Shown here: piece by piece, positions 17,660-27,634 of the stretch
Layout of the letters: each line of letters starts with the position of its first letter
Numbering within the stretch: the stretch's first letter is position 1
Assembly: GCA_023544525.1 (NCBI GenBank)
Contig: JAMJFU010000001.1
Span: 1,259-65,258 of the forward strand
DNA: 64,000 bases
Direction of reading: 5' to 3'
DNA from: Anaerolineae bacterium
GTDB taxonomy: Bacteria; Chloroflexota; Anaerolineae; JAAYZQ01
The notes under the pieces: generated by a model
Databases searched by the model: none
Seen by the model: the letters and a program-made list of their open reading frames with translations, nothing else
What the model was told of the DNA's origin: nothing
Translations under genes and position numbers: made by a program

Positions 17660-20600
17660 ATGAGCGAAGCATTGCGCCGGGCCAACGTCCTGGTCTGCGG
17701 TGGGACGGGTTGTGAGGCCTCCGGCTCTCACGATACCTTCCAAAGGCTCACCGAGGAGGTGGAGCGGCGGGGCCTTACCAACGAGGTACAGCTGATCCAC
17801 ACTGGCTGCCGGGGGTTCTGCGCCATGGGACCCATTGTGATCATCTATCCGGAAGGGATCTTTTACTGCCAGGTCCAAGGGGAGGACATCCCACTCCTTG
17901 TCGAGGAGACGCTGGTCAAAGGCCATATTGTGGAGCGATTGACCTACAAGGAACCTGCTGCGCATCAGGCGGTGCCCTTCTACAGCCAGATCCCCTTCTA
18001 CGAAAAGCAGAAGCGCATCATCCTGCGCAACTGCGGCATGATCGACCCGGAAAATCTGGAGGAGTATATTGCCCGTGACGGCTACCAGGCCCTGGGCAAG
18101 GTTCTGTCGACGATGACCCCTCGGGACGTCTACGGAGAGGTCAAGGCCTCCAAGCTCCGGGGCCGGGGCGGCGCAGGCTTTCTTACCGGTCTCAAGTGGG
18201 AGTTTACCGCCCGGGCCCAGGCAGAGCCCAAGTACGTCGTCTGCAACGCCGACGAGGGCGATCCTGGTGCCTTCATGGACCGCTCGGTCATCGAAGGGGA
18301 TCCCCATAGCTTGCTTGAGGGCATGATCATCTGCGGCTATGCCATCGGCGCCAGGGAAGGATACGTCTACTGCCGGGCGGAATACCCATTGGCCATCAAA
18401 CGCCTCGAGATCGCCATGGCCCAGGCCGAAGAGTACGGGCTGCTGGGAGACAACATCCTGGGCACCGACTTCTCCTTCCATCTCCATGTGAAGGAGGGAG
18501 CCGGCGCCTTTGTCTGCGGCGAGGAAACGGCGTTGCTGGCCTCCATCGAGGGCCGGCGCGGCGAGCCTCGCCCGCGGCCTCCCTTTCCGGCCGTTGTCGG
18601 CCTGTGGGGCAAGCCCACCAACCTGAACAACGTGAAGAGCTATGCCAGCGTGCCGCAGATCATACTTAACGGGGCAAAGTGGTTCGCCAGCATCGGCTCG
18701 CCCGAATCGCCAGGCACGGCCATTTTTGCGCTCACCGGCAAGGTGAACAACACGGGCCTGGTCGAGGTGCCGATGGGCATCATGTTGGGCGAGATCATCT
18801 TTGACATCGGTGGCGGCATTCCCAACGGCAAACCCTTCAAGGCGGTACAGACCGGCGGGCCTCTGGGCGGCTGTATCCCGGTCCAGCACCTCAACGTGCC
18901 GGTTGACTTTGACTCGCTGAAAGAGGTCGGGGCCGTTATGGGCTCCGGCGGCATGATCGTTGTCGACGAAGACACCTGCATGGTTGAATTCGCCAAGTTC
19001 TTCCTGACCTTTGCCACCGCCGAGAGCTGTGGCAAATGCGTTCCCTGTCGCATGGGCGGCAAGCGCATGCTTGAGGTGTTGACTCGCATCACGGAGGGCC
19101 GGGGCCGGCTGCAAGATCTGGTCACCCTCCGCGAGCTTGCCGCCGGCATGGAGGAAGCTTCGCTGTGTGCCTTGGGCCAGCTGACGCCCGGCCCGGTCAA
19201 GTCCGCACTACAATACTTTGAAGACGAGTTCATCGCCCACATCGTCGATAAGCGCTGCCCCGCGGGCGCGTGCACAAGCCTGGTCCGTGCCCGGTGTATC
19301 AACGCCTGCCCGGCCGACGTGGACGTGCCCAGCTACGTGGCACTGGTGGCCCAGGGCCGCTACGCAGAGGCACTGGAGATCCATCGCCGCACCAATCCCT
19401 TCCCCCTGGTCTGTGGCCGTGTGTGCCCGGCCTTTTGCGAAGACCGCTGCCGGCGGGCCGATATCGACGAAGCGATCGCCATACGTGACGCCAAACGCTT
19501 CATGGCCGATCACGAGTTGGAACGGCCGTGGACGCCGCCGAGATATGGCGAAGCCAAGGACCAAAAGGTTGCCGTCGTCGGCTCCGGGCCGGCGGGGCTC
19601 ACGGCCGCCCTCCGCCTGGCGCAGCAGGGCTACCCGGTCACAGTGTTCGAACAGCTTCCCGCGCCAGGCGGCATGATGGCATTCGGCATTCCGGACTATC
19701 GCCTGCCGCGCGACATTCTGAATGCCGACATCGAAGCCATCACCCGGGCCGGAGTCGAGATCCGCTGCAACCAGGCCCTGGGCCGTGACTTTAGCCTCGA
19801 CTCCCTGTCTGAGGATGGCTACAGTGCCGTGGTGCTGGCCATAGGCGCTCACAAGAGCAGCAAGCTGCGCATCGAGGGCGAGGAAAAGGAAGGCGTCCTG
19901 CCCGGTGTCGACTTTTTGCGGGAGGTGGCCCTGGACAACCCGCCCGATCTCACAGGCAAACGCGTAGGGGTGGTCGGCGGAGGCAATGTAGCCATCGACG
20001 CCGTGCGCACGGCCTGGCGGCTGGGTGCCAGCCAGGTTCACGTCATCTATCGCCGCCTGCGGGAGGACATGCCAGCCTACGAAGAAGAGATCAAGGCTGC
20101 CGAAGAGGAAGGTGCCATCTTCCACTTCCTGACCAATCCCACCCGGGTTCTGGGCGATGGGCATGTGACGGGGGTAGAGTGCCTGGTCCACGAGCCGGGC
20201 GACTTTGACCGGAGCGGTCGCCGTCGTCCGGTGCCGGTCCCAGGCTCAGAGTTCACCCTGGACCTCGACGTGCTCATCCCAGCCATCGGCCAATCGCCTG
20301 ACGTCGAGTGGTTGGCTGGTGATCCGGCAATTGCCCTCCAGCGGAACAACACCTTCGAAGTCAGCGGGGCGCTGTGCACGTCGCGGGAGGGTGTGTTTGC
20401 GGCAGGTGATGCCGTCCTTGGACCGGCTACCGTGGTAGAGGCAGTGGCGCAGGGCAACGAAGTGGCCCGCGCGGTGGATCACTATCTGCGAACCGGGACG
20501 ACGGAAAAGACCGTCATGATGCCTGGCTATGAGGTGGTGGAGCAGCCCTTTGACCTGGACGAATATGCCGATGCGCGCCGGCCTCACAGACCCGAGTTGC

Positions 20601-20791
20601 CGGTCGGCGAGCGTCGTGGCAACTTTCGCGAGGTCGAATTGGGCCTGGACGAAGAGACAGCCCGTGAGGAGTGCAAGCGCTGTCTGCGTTGCGACCTGGA
20701 ATGGTTGGAGACGATGCAGCTTGCGTTTGAGCCTGTCCCCGCGCGCCAGGCATCCAAAGTGTTCTCAGCAAGCAGGAGAGATAACCAATGA
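17660..20791 (+). CDS. NuoF/HoxF-like NAD(H)-binding flavoprotein fused to GltD/NfnB-like NAD(P)H module (formate dehydrogenase diaphorase beta subunit)
   Basis: GRGGAGFLTGLKWEF FMN/NADH motif, C-terminal 4Fe-4S (CGKCVPCR), then GltD-like CINACPA...VCGRVCPAFCEDRC...VVGSGPAGLTAA...VGVVGGGNVAIDA. Confidence 0.8.
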   Translation: MSEALRRANVLVCGGTGCEASGSHDTFQRLTEEVERRGLTNEVQLIHTGCRGFCAMGPIVIIYPEGIFYCQVQGEDIPLLVEETLVKGHIVERLTYKEPAAHQAVPFYSQIPFYEKQKRIILRNCGMIDPENLEEYIARDGYQALGKVLSTMTPRDVYGEVKASKLRGRGGAGFLTGLKWEFTARAQAEPKYVVCNADEGDPGAFMDRSVIEGDPHSLLEGMIICGYAIGAREGYVYCRAEYPLAIKRLEIAMAQAEEYGLLGDNILGTDFSFHLHVKEGAGAFVCGEETALLASIEGRRGEPRPRPPFPAVVGLWGKPTNLNNVKSYASVPQIILNGAKWFASIGSPESPGTAIFALTGKVNNTGLVEVPMGIMLGEIIFDIGGGIPNGKPFKAVQTGGPLGGCIPVQHLNVPVDFDSLKEVGAVMGSGGMIVVDEDTCMVEFAKFFLTFATAESCGKCVPCRMGGKRMLEVLTRITEGRGRLQDLVTLRELAAGMEEASLCALGQLTPGPVKSALQYFEDEFIAHIVDKRCPAGACTSLVRARCINACPADVDVPSYVALVAQGRYAEALEIHRRTNPFPLVCGRVCPAFCEDRCRRADIDEAIAIRDAKRFMADHELERPWTPPRYGEAKDQKVAVVGSGPAGLTAALRLAQQGYPVTVFEQLPAPGGMMAFGIPDYRLPRDILNADIEAITRAGVEIRCNQALGRDFSLDSLSEDGYSAVVLAIGAHKSSKLRIEGEEKEGVLPGVDFLREVALDNPPDLTGKRVGVVGGGNVAIDAVRTAWRLGASQVHVIYRRLREDMPAYEEEIKAAEEEGAIFHFLTNPTRVLGDGHVTGVECLVHEPGDFDRSGRRRPVPVPGSEFTLDLDVLIPAIGQSPDVEWLAGDPAIALQRNNTFEVSGALCTSREGVFAAGDAVLGPATVVEAVAQGNEVARAVDHYLRTGTTEKTVMMPGYEVVEQPFDLDEYADARRPHRPELPVGERRGNFREVELGLDEETAREECKRCLRCDLEWLETMQLAFEPVPARQASKVFSASRRDNQ

Positions 20792-23490
20792 CAGAGACGG
20801 TGAGCATCACCATCGACGGCCAGGCGATCCAAGCCCGGGCCGGCCAATCCATACTGGAGGCAGCGACCGCAGCGGGCATCAAGATCCCCGCCCTTTGCCA
20901 TCACCCGGCCCTGAAGCCGATCGGTGCCTGCCGCGTTTGCCTGGTCGACATCGCCTTTGAGCGAGCCTTGCACCCAGCTTGCACGTACGAAGTCAGGCAA
21001 GGGATCGAGGTCCATACACGTTCACCCAAGGCTGAAGAAGCCCGGCGATTCGCGCTGGAGCTCATCCTGTCTGACCATCCTTTGGACTGCATGACCTGTG
21101 AGCGTACCGGGAGTTGCGAGCTGCAGGACCTGGCCTACCAGTATGGCATCAAGGAGAGCCAGTTTCCCGGGACACAGCACGAGTATGCGCTCGACACGTC
21201 CAACCCCTTCTACGAGCGAGACTATGAAAAGTGCATCCTCTGCCGCCGCTGTGTCCGTACCTGCGATGAGATCAATGGCGTGGAAGCCATCGCCGTCATC
21301 CAGCGCGGCTGGGACAGTAAGATCGGCACTGCTTTCGACGGCATCATGCAGGACAGCCCCTGCGAGTTCTGCGGCATGTGCGTCGAAGTCTGCCCAACCG
21401 CAGCACTGCAACCCAGGCTGGGCAAACAGCAGGGCCGTGCCTGGGAGGTGGAGAAAGTAGCAACCACGTGCCCCTACTGCGGCGTCGGTTGCCAGTTCTA
21501 CCTCAAGGTCAAGGACGGGCGCATCCTGGGCGTAGCCTCCAAGTGGGACGCCCCGGCAAATCACGGCTGGACCTGCGTCAAGGGCCGTTATGGCTGGGAC
21601 TTTGTCCACCATCCTGAGCGCTTGACCCAGCCACTTATCCGCCGTGAGAAGGGCGGCGAGTTGGAGGAAGCCGGCTGGGACGAAGCCCTGGACCTCGTGG
21701 CGCAGCGATTCAAGGCGATCGTGAAAGACCATGGACCGCAGGCGTTCGGCACACTGGCCTCGGCCAAGTGCACCAACGAAGAGAACTTTGCCATGCAAAA
21801 GTTCAGCCGCGCTGTGATAGGGACCAACAACGTCGACCACTGTGCACGCCTTTGACACAGCGTCACCGTGACCGGTCTGGTCACAGCGTTTGGCTCCGGG
21901 GCCATGACGAACTCGTTCGACGACATCGCCGACGAGGCACAGGTCTACTTTATCATCGGCTCCAATACGACCGAGAACCATCCGGTGCTGGGCATGCGCT
22001 TGCGGCAAGCGGTGAAACAGCGCAACGCCAAGCTCATCGTCTGCGATCCGCGCGCCATCCCCATCGCGGATCTGGCGACGCTCCATATCCGCCAGAAGCC
22101 GGGCACCGACATCGCCCTGCTCAACGGCATCATGCACGTCCTCATCGCCGAGGGGCTGTACGACAAGGAGTTCGTCGCCGAGCGCACCGAGGGGTTCGAG
22201 GACCTGAAAGCCAAGGTGATGGAATACCCTCCCGAGCGAGCTGCCGAGATCACCGGCGTACCAGCTGAGCAGATCGTGGAAGCAGCGCATCTTCTGGCGG
22301 AGAACCGTCCCGGCGCCCTGCTCTACGCTATGGGTATCACCCAGCACATAACTGGCCATCAAAACGTACTGTCCTGCGCCAACCTGCAGATGCTACTGGG
22401 CAACATGGGTGTACCGGGCGGAGGCGTCAACCCGCTACGTGGACAGAACAACGTCCAGGGCGCCTGCGATATGGGCGGCCTGCCGAACGTCTACCCCGGC
22501 TACCAGGCCGTGACGGTCGAAGCGGCCCAGAAAAAGTTCGAGGAAGCCTGGGGCGTACCCCTCTCAAACCAGGTCGGGCTGACCCTGACCGAGATGTTGC
22601 CGCTTGCAGCGGAGGGCAAGATCCGCGCACTGTACATCATGGGTGAAAACCCGATGATCTCGGACCCGGACGCCAATCACGCCGAGCACTGCCTGCGCAG
22701 CCTGGACTTTCTGGTGGTGCAGGACATCTTTCTGACCGAGACCGCAGCCCTGGCCGACGTCGTGCTTCCAGGGTCGAGCTTTGCCGAGAAGCTGGGCACC
22801 TACACCAACTCGGAGCGGCGCGTCCAGTTTGTGAACCCCGCGGTACCTGCGCCGGGCGAAGCCAGGCCTGACTGGTGGATCATCGGTGAGATTGCACAGC
22901 GGATGGGCTACGGCGGCCTGACCTACGCCTCGCCGCGCGAAATCATGGACGAGATCAACCAGCTGACGCCCAGCTACGGGGGCATCACCTACGACCGCAT
23001 TGGCCAGATGGGCCTGCAGTGGCCTTGCCCCAATGCCGACCATCAGGGCACGGCGATCCTGCATATCGGCAGGTTCAGCCGGGGATTGGGCCACTTTGGC
23101 GCGGTGGATTGGCGGCCACCCGCCGAGGAAACCGACGAGGAGTATCCGTTTGTCTTTACCACCGGCCGTGTCCTCTACCACTACCATACGGGCAGCATGA
23201 CCCGGCGCTCAGAGGGATTGGATGCGATCTTCCCCGAGCCCGTGGTAGAGATCAACGCGGAGGACGCCGCGCGGTTGGAAGTGGTGGATGGGCAGCCGGT
23301 GCGGATCTCTTCACGGCGTGGCACGATCGAGGCAGAGGCCCTGGTAAGCCCCATGACCGAACCGGGTGTGGTCTTTATGCCCTTCCACTTTGCCGAGGCG
23401 GCGGCCAACAAGCTGACCATTGCCGCCCTGGACCCAATCGGCAAGATCCCGCAGTTGAAGGTCTGTGCCGTCAAGGTTGAGACAGTCTGA
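20788..23490 (+). CDS. fdhA: Formate dehydrogenase alpha subunit (NuoG-like N-terminus + molybdopterin domain), selenoprotein: in-frame TGA at 21853-21855 read as Sec
   Basis: ORFs 20788..21855 and 21868..23490 are in the same frame separated only by TGA in the conserved context DHCARL-U-HSVT (E. coli FdhF CARVUHGPS); SECIS-like hairpin follows; ATGA overlap with upstream gene. Confidence 0.85.
21856..21888 (+). other. SECIS-like selenocysteine insertion hairpin (GUGACC-GGUCU-GGUCAC)
   Basis: 6-bp stem with GGUCU apical loop ~20 nt 3' of UGA; UGA-CAC...GGU-CUG codon spacing identical to E. coli fdhF SECIS. Confidence 0.6.
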
Positions 23491-23540
23491 CATTTTCCGC
23501 CCGGGCCGGCCCGGGCGGAAAGGCGACAAGGAGAGAGGAA

Positions 23541-24035
23541 ATGGATGTAACCAAGATCTATGAGTATGCCCTTCAGCGCGAGCGCGAGGGCCGGGACTTT
23601 TTTCGCAACAATGCCCAGCGCTTTGGGCACGCGGCGGTCGTGGGCGCCTTTGAGAAGCTGGCTGAGGAAGAGGAAAAGCACATCCGCTTTATCCAGAGCC
23701 TGCTCGATGCCCAGCAGGCGGGCGGTGCATCCAGCCTGGAGACGGGCCAGCAGATGGACAGGGAGGGCTTTTTCTCCGAGCGTGCCGAGACCGAGCTGCT
23801 GGACCAATCGATCATCGAGGCGATGGTGCCCGACCTGGCGGTGCTGCGCACGGCTTATCTGATCGAGCGCGACTTTGCCGAGTTCTATGAAATGGCAGCC
23901 GACAAGGTCGAGGATCCGACAGCCAAAGAGTCGCTGCAGATGCTAAGCCGCTGGGAGCGACAGCACGAGAAGCTGTTCAAAACAATGCACGACCGGGCCT
24001 TTGAAGAGTATGCGGCCATGCCCTGGGGTGGCTAG
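23541..24035 (+). CDS. Rubrerythrin/ferritin-like protein
   Basis: ExxH diiron-type motifs (EREGRDFF, EEEKHIRF, ERDFAEFY, ERQHEKLF). Confidence 0.6.
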   Translation: MDVTKIYEYALQREREGRDFFRNNAQRFGHAAVVGAFEKLAEEEEKHIRFIQSLLDAQQAGGASSLETGQQMDREGFFSERAETELLDQSIIEAMVPDLAVLRTAYLIERDFAEFYEMAADKVEDPTAKESLQMLSRWERQHEKLFKTMHDRAFEEYAAMPWGG

Positions 24036-24140
24036 CCTGATCGTATCCGGTTGACCAGGAGGAGCTTGCGTCGCTCCGCTTACGGCCCAAACGATCATCT
24101 TCACCTGCAAGAGCGACCAGAGTACCAAAGGGGAGGGACC

Positions 24141-24599
24141 ATGAGCATCGAAGAGATCCTGCACGAGGCGATCCAGGGTGAGATCGAATCGTACGAGCTA
24201 TACACCAACGCTATAGAACTGGTAAAGCAGGAGCACGTCAAGGAGACACTGCGCGAGCTCGCCCAGGAAGAGCTGGGTCACAAGGCCGCGCTGGAAAGGA
24301 TGGCTGCCAGCCCGGGCAGCGTGCGGCGCGGCGTGAAGCGATTGCAGCGGACGCCCATCCAGGACTACAGGATCGGCGACCACCTGGTCGTCAAGCCACT
24401 CGGGCCTGATTCCACGTTCCAGGACGTGTGTATCTTTGCCTCTCGCAAGGAGCAACAGTCGTACGAGCTCTACCGGGATCTAGCAGAGGAGAACGAGGGC
24501 GAGGTCCGTGCCTTATTCGAGGCTATGGCCAAGGATGAACTCCGGCACAAGAACCTGGTCGAGGGCTGGTACGAGGAGGTCATCTACCAGGACTTTTAG
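24141..24599 (+). CDS. Rubrerythrin/ferritin-like protein
   Basis: ExxH motifs (EIESYELY, ELGHKAAL, EQQSYELY, ELRHKNL); AAGGGGAGGGA RBS before ATG 24141. Confidence 0.6.
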   Translation: MSIEEILHEAIQGEIESYELYTNAIELVKQEHVKETLRELAQEELGHKAALERMAASPGSVRRGVKRLQRTPIQDYRIGDHLVVKPLGPDSTFQDVCIFASRKEQQSYELYRDLAEENEGEVRALFEAMAKDELRHKNLVEGWYEEVIYQDF

Positions 24600-24656
24600 C
24601 TTTTGAGGGCAACGCTGCGAGGCATCGCGGATCGCAGTCTATTGCGGAGTGAAACA

Positions 24657-24693
24657 CAGCCGGCGGTCACGGCATTATCTTGACCGCCGGCTG
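24657..24693. terminator. 13-bp-stem hairpin between convergent genes (bidirectional terminator candidate)
   Basis: CAGCCGGCGGTCA-N11-TGACCGCCGGCTG. Confidence 0.45.
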
Positions 24694-24741
24694 CTTTAGC
24701 GCCAAACGAGGGACCACCAAGCCAGAGTATCCGGCTGAGGC

Positions 24742-27210
24742 TCACTCCACAGTCACAAGATCGAACGACTCGTGGCTATTGCCGTCCAGATCTTGGACGA
24801 CAAAGCCGACGATATACTGGCCGGGCGCCGCGTCCAGGGCCTCCCAGGAGAACATCTGGTCACCGAAGGTCAGGGTGCCACCTTGCAGCGTAACCGTATC
24901 CTCCACCCTGCCGCGCTGGTCGAGGTCCATCCACGTGTCCAGCACGGTGAAGGTGTCGCCGGTACTGGGGATGATCTCGCGGGGCGCGCCTGTGCCGCCT
25001 TCGCCGGTGAAGCCAAAGACCTGCTTCAGCACGCCATCGCTGAAATAGAGCCGGGCATAGCGTGACTGGCCGTCGTCGGCATAGGTGTAGGTGCCCTCGA
25101 CGGTGTACACGGCCTCCTCAGGCGAAGCACCATAGACCTCGGGACGGAAGAGCGCCACCACCGAATCGGAGCCGTCGTCGATGGCAAACACGATGGGCTC
25201 CCACTCGAACTCCATCGTAAACTCGCCCTCATCCCCCCAATCGGGGTAGTACACGCCGTCGATCTCCCGGGTCTCGTCACTCTCCAGATAGTCCTGGTCG
25301 GCCACAAAGATAGAGTTGGACTCGGCATCAAAAAAGCCGACAAAGAGCAGCACATAGCCAACATTGTCGCCGCGGATGTCGGTGCTCAACCGGATCGTCT
25401 GACCGGGCGCAACCACAGCAGCAGAGAGGGTGACCGGGTCAACCTCGATTTCGCCAACCCCTGGCCCGGCGATCGTCGCGTCGCGCTCAGGCACGGCAAC
25501 GACGCCTGCAGCTGGCTCGAACGCTTTGCCGGTGTAGTGGTACGCCAAAAAGTCATCCCACAGCGATTCGACCGCAAAACGCCGGGCGACGGTGGTATAT
25601 GAGTCGTAGCCGGCGTAGCGTGACTGGTAGAGCTGGGAGTTGGGAAAGTAGATGGAAATGCCACCGGCCGCCGGCTTCTTGCTGCCGTGCTTCTCGGTGA
25701 CAATGGCCCGATCCAGCGCAGCCAGCAGCTCATCCGCTGCCTGGGCGACCTCGCGGCTGCCACTTTCCGCCTTCAGCAGTTGGGCCAGGTTGCCCAGGTC
25801 GAGGTAAGAGGGCGGCACCTCTTTGCCAAAGACGCTGGTGAACGATTGGGCGTAGGACCGGGCCTTGGCCACGTCGTCCTGATTGGCTCCCTGCAGCGCG
25901 TAGGCCAGGTCATTGGTCCGATTCATCAGCTCCGGCATCGCTTGCAGGTCGACAGCGGCCAGCGTCACGCTGCCCTGCATCTGCTGTGCCAGTTGTTCGG
26001 CTGAGGGCACGCCAAAGAGGCTGGACAGGGGCGAGCCACGCGACAGGAACTCGGCCCGGGCCTGATCGTCCACGATGCGCTGGTCTTCCTGGATGTAGCT
26101 CTCCACGATGATGCGACCCAACTCTGCGCCATCCATGCCGGGATCATCGCGTAACGCGCCCAGGAAGCCGGTATAGGCCCAACCCAGGGCCGGTTCCGTC
26201 TCCTGCGAGACCACCGCATAACGGGCATGCGGGGCTAGTGCAGCCAAGACCTCGAGATGCCCCATCAGGCAGGCGTCCAGGCCGATCAGCTCGAATTGGT
26301 CCAGCCCCGCCCGATCGCGTATCTCCTGCAGGGCTTCGTCCATTTCCATCAAGAAAAGCTGGTCGCCCATGTCGGCGAGAGCGACGTTATCGTCTCCCTT
26401 GCCACCAGGCGCGGGGTCGGTCCAGCCGCCAGGCCAGCCCATGCCGTGGTCGGAGAGGATCAGCACGTGTTTGTCGGCAGGAAAGGTCTCGATGGCCCAC
26501 GTGACAAAGTCTACCAGCGTGTCACCGTCGGCCATGTTGACCTCGCCGAGGTCGGCCACCTCTTGCGAAGATACGCTCTTCAGATCGGGGTCGAGCGTTA
26601 GGTAGAAACGCTTGGTAGAGGACCAATCCCCGTCTCCCCGATAGCCCGTCCGGAAACGGTCCACCTGGGCCACGATATGCACCCGGTCGCTGGAACCGAT
26701 GCGCTCGGCCTCGTTCAGGTCCAGGTAGATGTCCTGCTCCAGGATCTTGTCATCAGCGTCCTGGTAGAGCATGACCAGCCAGGTCTGTCCCCCTTCCGAC
26801 GACAGCGATGGAGGGACAAAAGGCCTGGGCGTCCTGGTTGGCGCAGAGATCACCGTGGGCTGGGACACGACATCCGGCTGCGTCGGAACGTTGACGACGA
26901 GGCTTTCGTCGGCAGTGGGCGGGGCGAGAAAGACCACGTACACGCAGGCACAAACGGCCAGGATGGCCACAAGGCCAATGATCATTGGCAGCGACAGTTT
27001 GCCGCCGCCCAGCAGCTTCAGCAGGCCGTCTATCGGGATCTGCGGGGCGCTCCCGGTGGGCCGGCTCGTGGCTCCCTGGCTGGAGGGCCTGGCCGGCTGC
27101 TGGGCATCTCTGGGTCTACCGCGGCTGGGCGCACTCGCCCTCTCACGCTCGCCAGACTGCCCAGGTTCGGTGCGCCGCCGGCGCCTGGCCTCCACCTTCT
27201 TTTTGGTCAT
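24742..27210 (-). CDS. Clostripain (C11)-family cysteine peptidase, N-terminally membrane-anchored, with large C-terminal extension
   Basis: Basic N-terminus + TM helix + Pro/Thr-rich linker; catalytic-dyad-like motifs LILSDHGMGW and LIGLDACLMG. Confidence 0.55.
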   Translation of the reverse strand: MTKKKVEARRRRRTEPGQSGERERASAPSRGRPRDAQQPARPSSQGATSRPTGSAPQIPIDGLLKLLGGGKLSLPMIIGLVAILAVCACVYVVFLAPPTADESLVVNVPTQPDVVSQPTVISAPTRTPRPFVPPSLSSEGGQTWLVMLYQDADDKILEQDIYLDLNEAERIGSSDRVHIVAQVDRFRTGYRGDGDWSSTKRFYLTLDPDLKSVSSQEVADLGEVNMADGDTLVDFVTWAIETFPADKHVLILSDHGMGWPGGWTDPAPGGKGDDNVALADMGDQLFLMEMDEALQEIRDRAGLDQFELIGLDACLMGHLEVLAALAPHARYAVVSQETEPALGWAYTGFLGALRDDPGMDGAELGRIIVESYIQEDQRIVDDQARAEFLSRGSPLSSLFGVPSAEQLAQQMQGSVTLAAVDLQAMPELMNRTNDLAYALQGANQDDVAKARSYAQSFTSVFGKEVPPSYLDLGNLAQLLKAESGSREVAQAADELLAALDRAIVTEKHGSKKPAAGGISIYFPNSQLYQSRYAGYDSYTTVARRFAVESLWDDFLAYHYTGKAFEPAAGVVAVPERDATIAGPGVGEIEVDPVTLSAAVVAPGQTIRLSTDIRGDNVGYVLLFVGFFDAESNSIFVADQDYLESDETREIDGVYYPDWGDEGEFTMEFEWEPIVFAIDDGSDSVVALFRPEVYGASPEEAVYTVEGTYTYADDGQSRYARLYFSDGVLKQVFGFTGEGGTGAPREIIPSTGDTFTVLDTWMDLDQRGRVEDTVTLQGGTLTFGDQMFSWEALDAAPGQYIVGFVVQDLDGNSHESFDLVTVE

Positions 27211-27253
27211 GGCCCTCTACACCTCTCTGCTCCGGACTGCCTCTGCGATCAGT

Positions 27254-27634
27254 TCAAGCCGATCGCTCTTTGAGGAGGTCCCGGATTTCTGTGAGGAGGA
27301 CTTCCTCGGCTGAAGGCTCGGGTGGCGCCTCCGGCGCAGCCTCCTCCTGCCTCTGCAGCTTGTTGATGGCGCGTACGATCAAAAAGACGGCAAAGGCAAT
27401 GATCAGAAAATACACGATCGCCTGGATGAAATTGCCGTAGGCGATGACAGCTTCTCCGACCTCAATCGAGAGCCCGGAAAAGTCCAAACCGCCCAGCAGC
27501 ACGCCAACGAGGGGCATAATTATGTCGTTCACCAGGGAAGTGATGATGGCCCCAAAGGCAACACCGATGATCACGGCGACGGCCAGGTCGATCACGTTCC
27601 CGCGCATGACAAAGTCCTTGAATTCCTTCAACAT
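27254..27634 (-). CDS. mscL: Large-conductance mechanosensitive channel MscL
   Basis: [31 protein letters not shown]...; AAGGAGGG RBS; longer upstream ORF rejected. Confidence 0.85.
   Translation of the reverse strand: MLKEFKDFVMRGNVIDLAVAVIIGVAFGAIITSLVNDIIMPLVGVLLGGLDFSGLSIEVGEAVIAYGNFIQAIVYFLIIAFAVFLIVRAINKLQRQEEAAPEAPPEPSAEEVLLTEIRDLLKERSA

Noticed and set aside
17558-19114. 518-aa minus-strand ORF antisense to nuoF-like gene
   Set aside because: Antisense artefact in high-GC DNA.
21853-21867. Treating TGA 21853 as a real stop, giving separate NuoG-like and molybdopterin genes
   Set aside because: Same frame on both sides, conserved CARL-U-HS context, and a SECIS-like hairpin at the right distance. 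The second ORF would lack its own RBS and its first residues continue the conserved motif.
21022-22362. 446-aa minus-strand ORF spanning the fdhA Sec site on the opposite strand
   Set aside because: Antisense artefact; the plus-strand reading gives a textbook FdhA alignment across the TGA.
23490-23525. GC-rich hairpin CCGCCCGGGCCGGCCCGGGCGG after fdhA as intrinsic terminator
   Set aside because: No U-tract on either strand; may be a structural element but not a canonical terminator.
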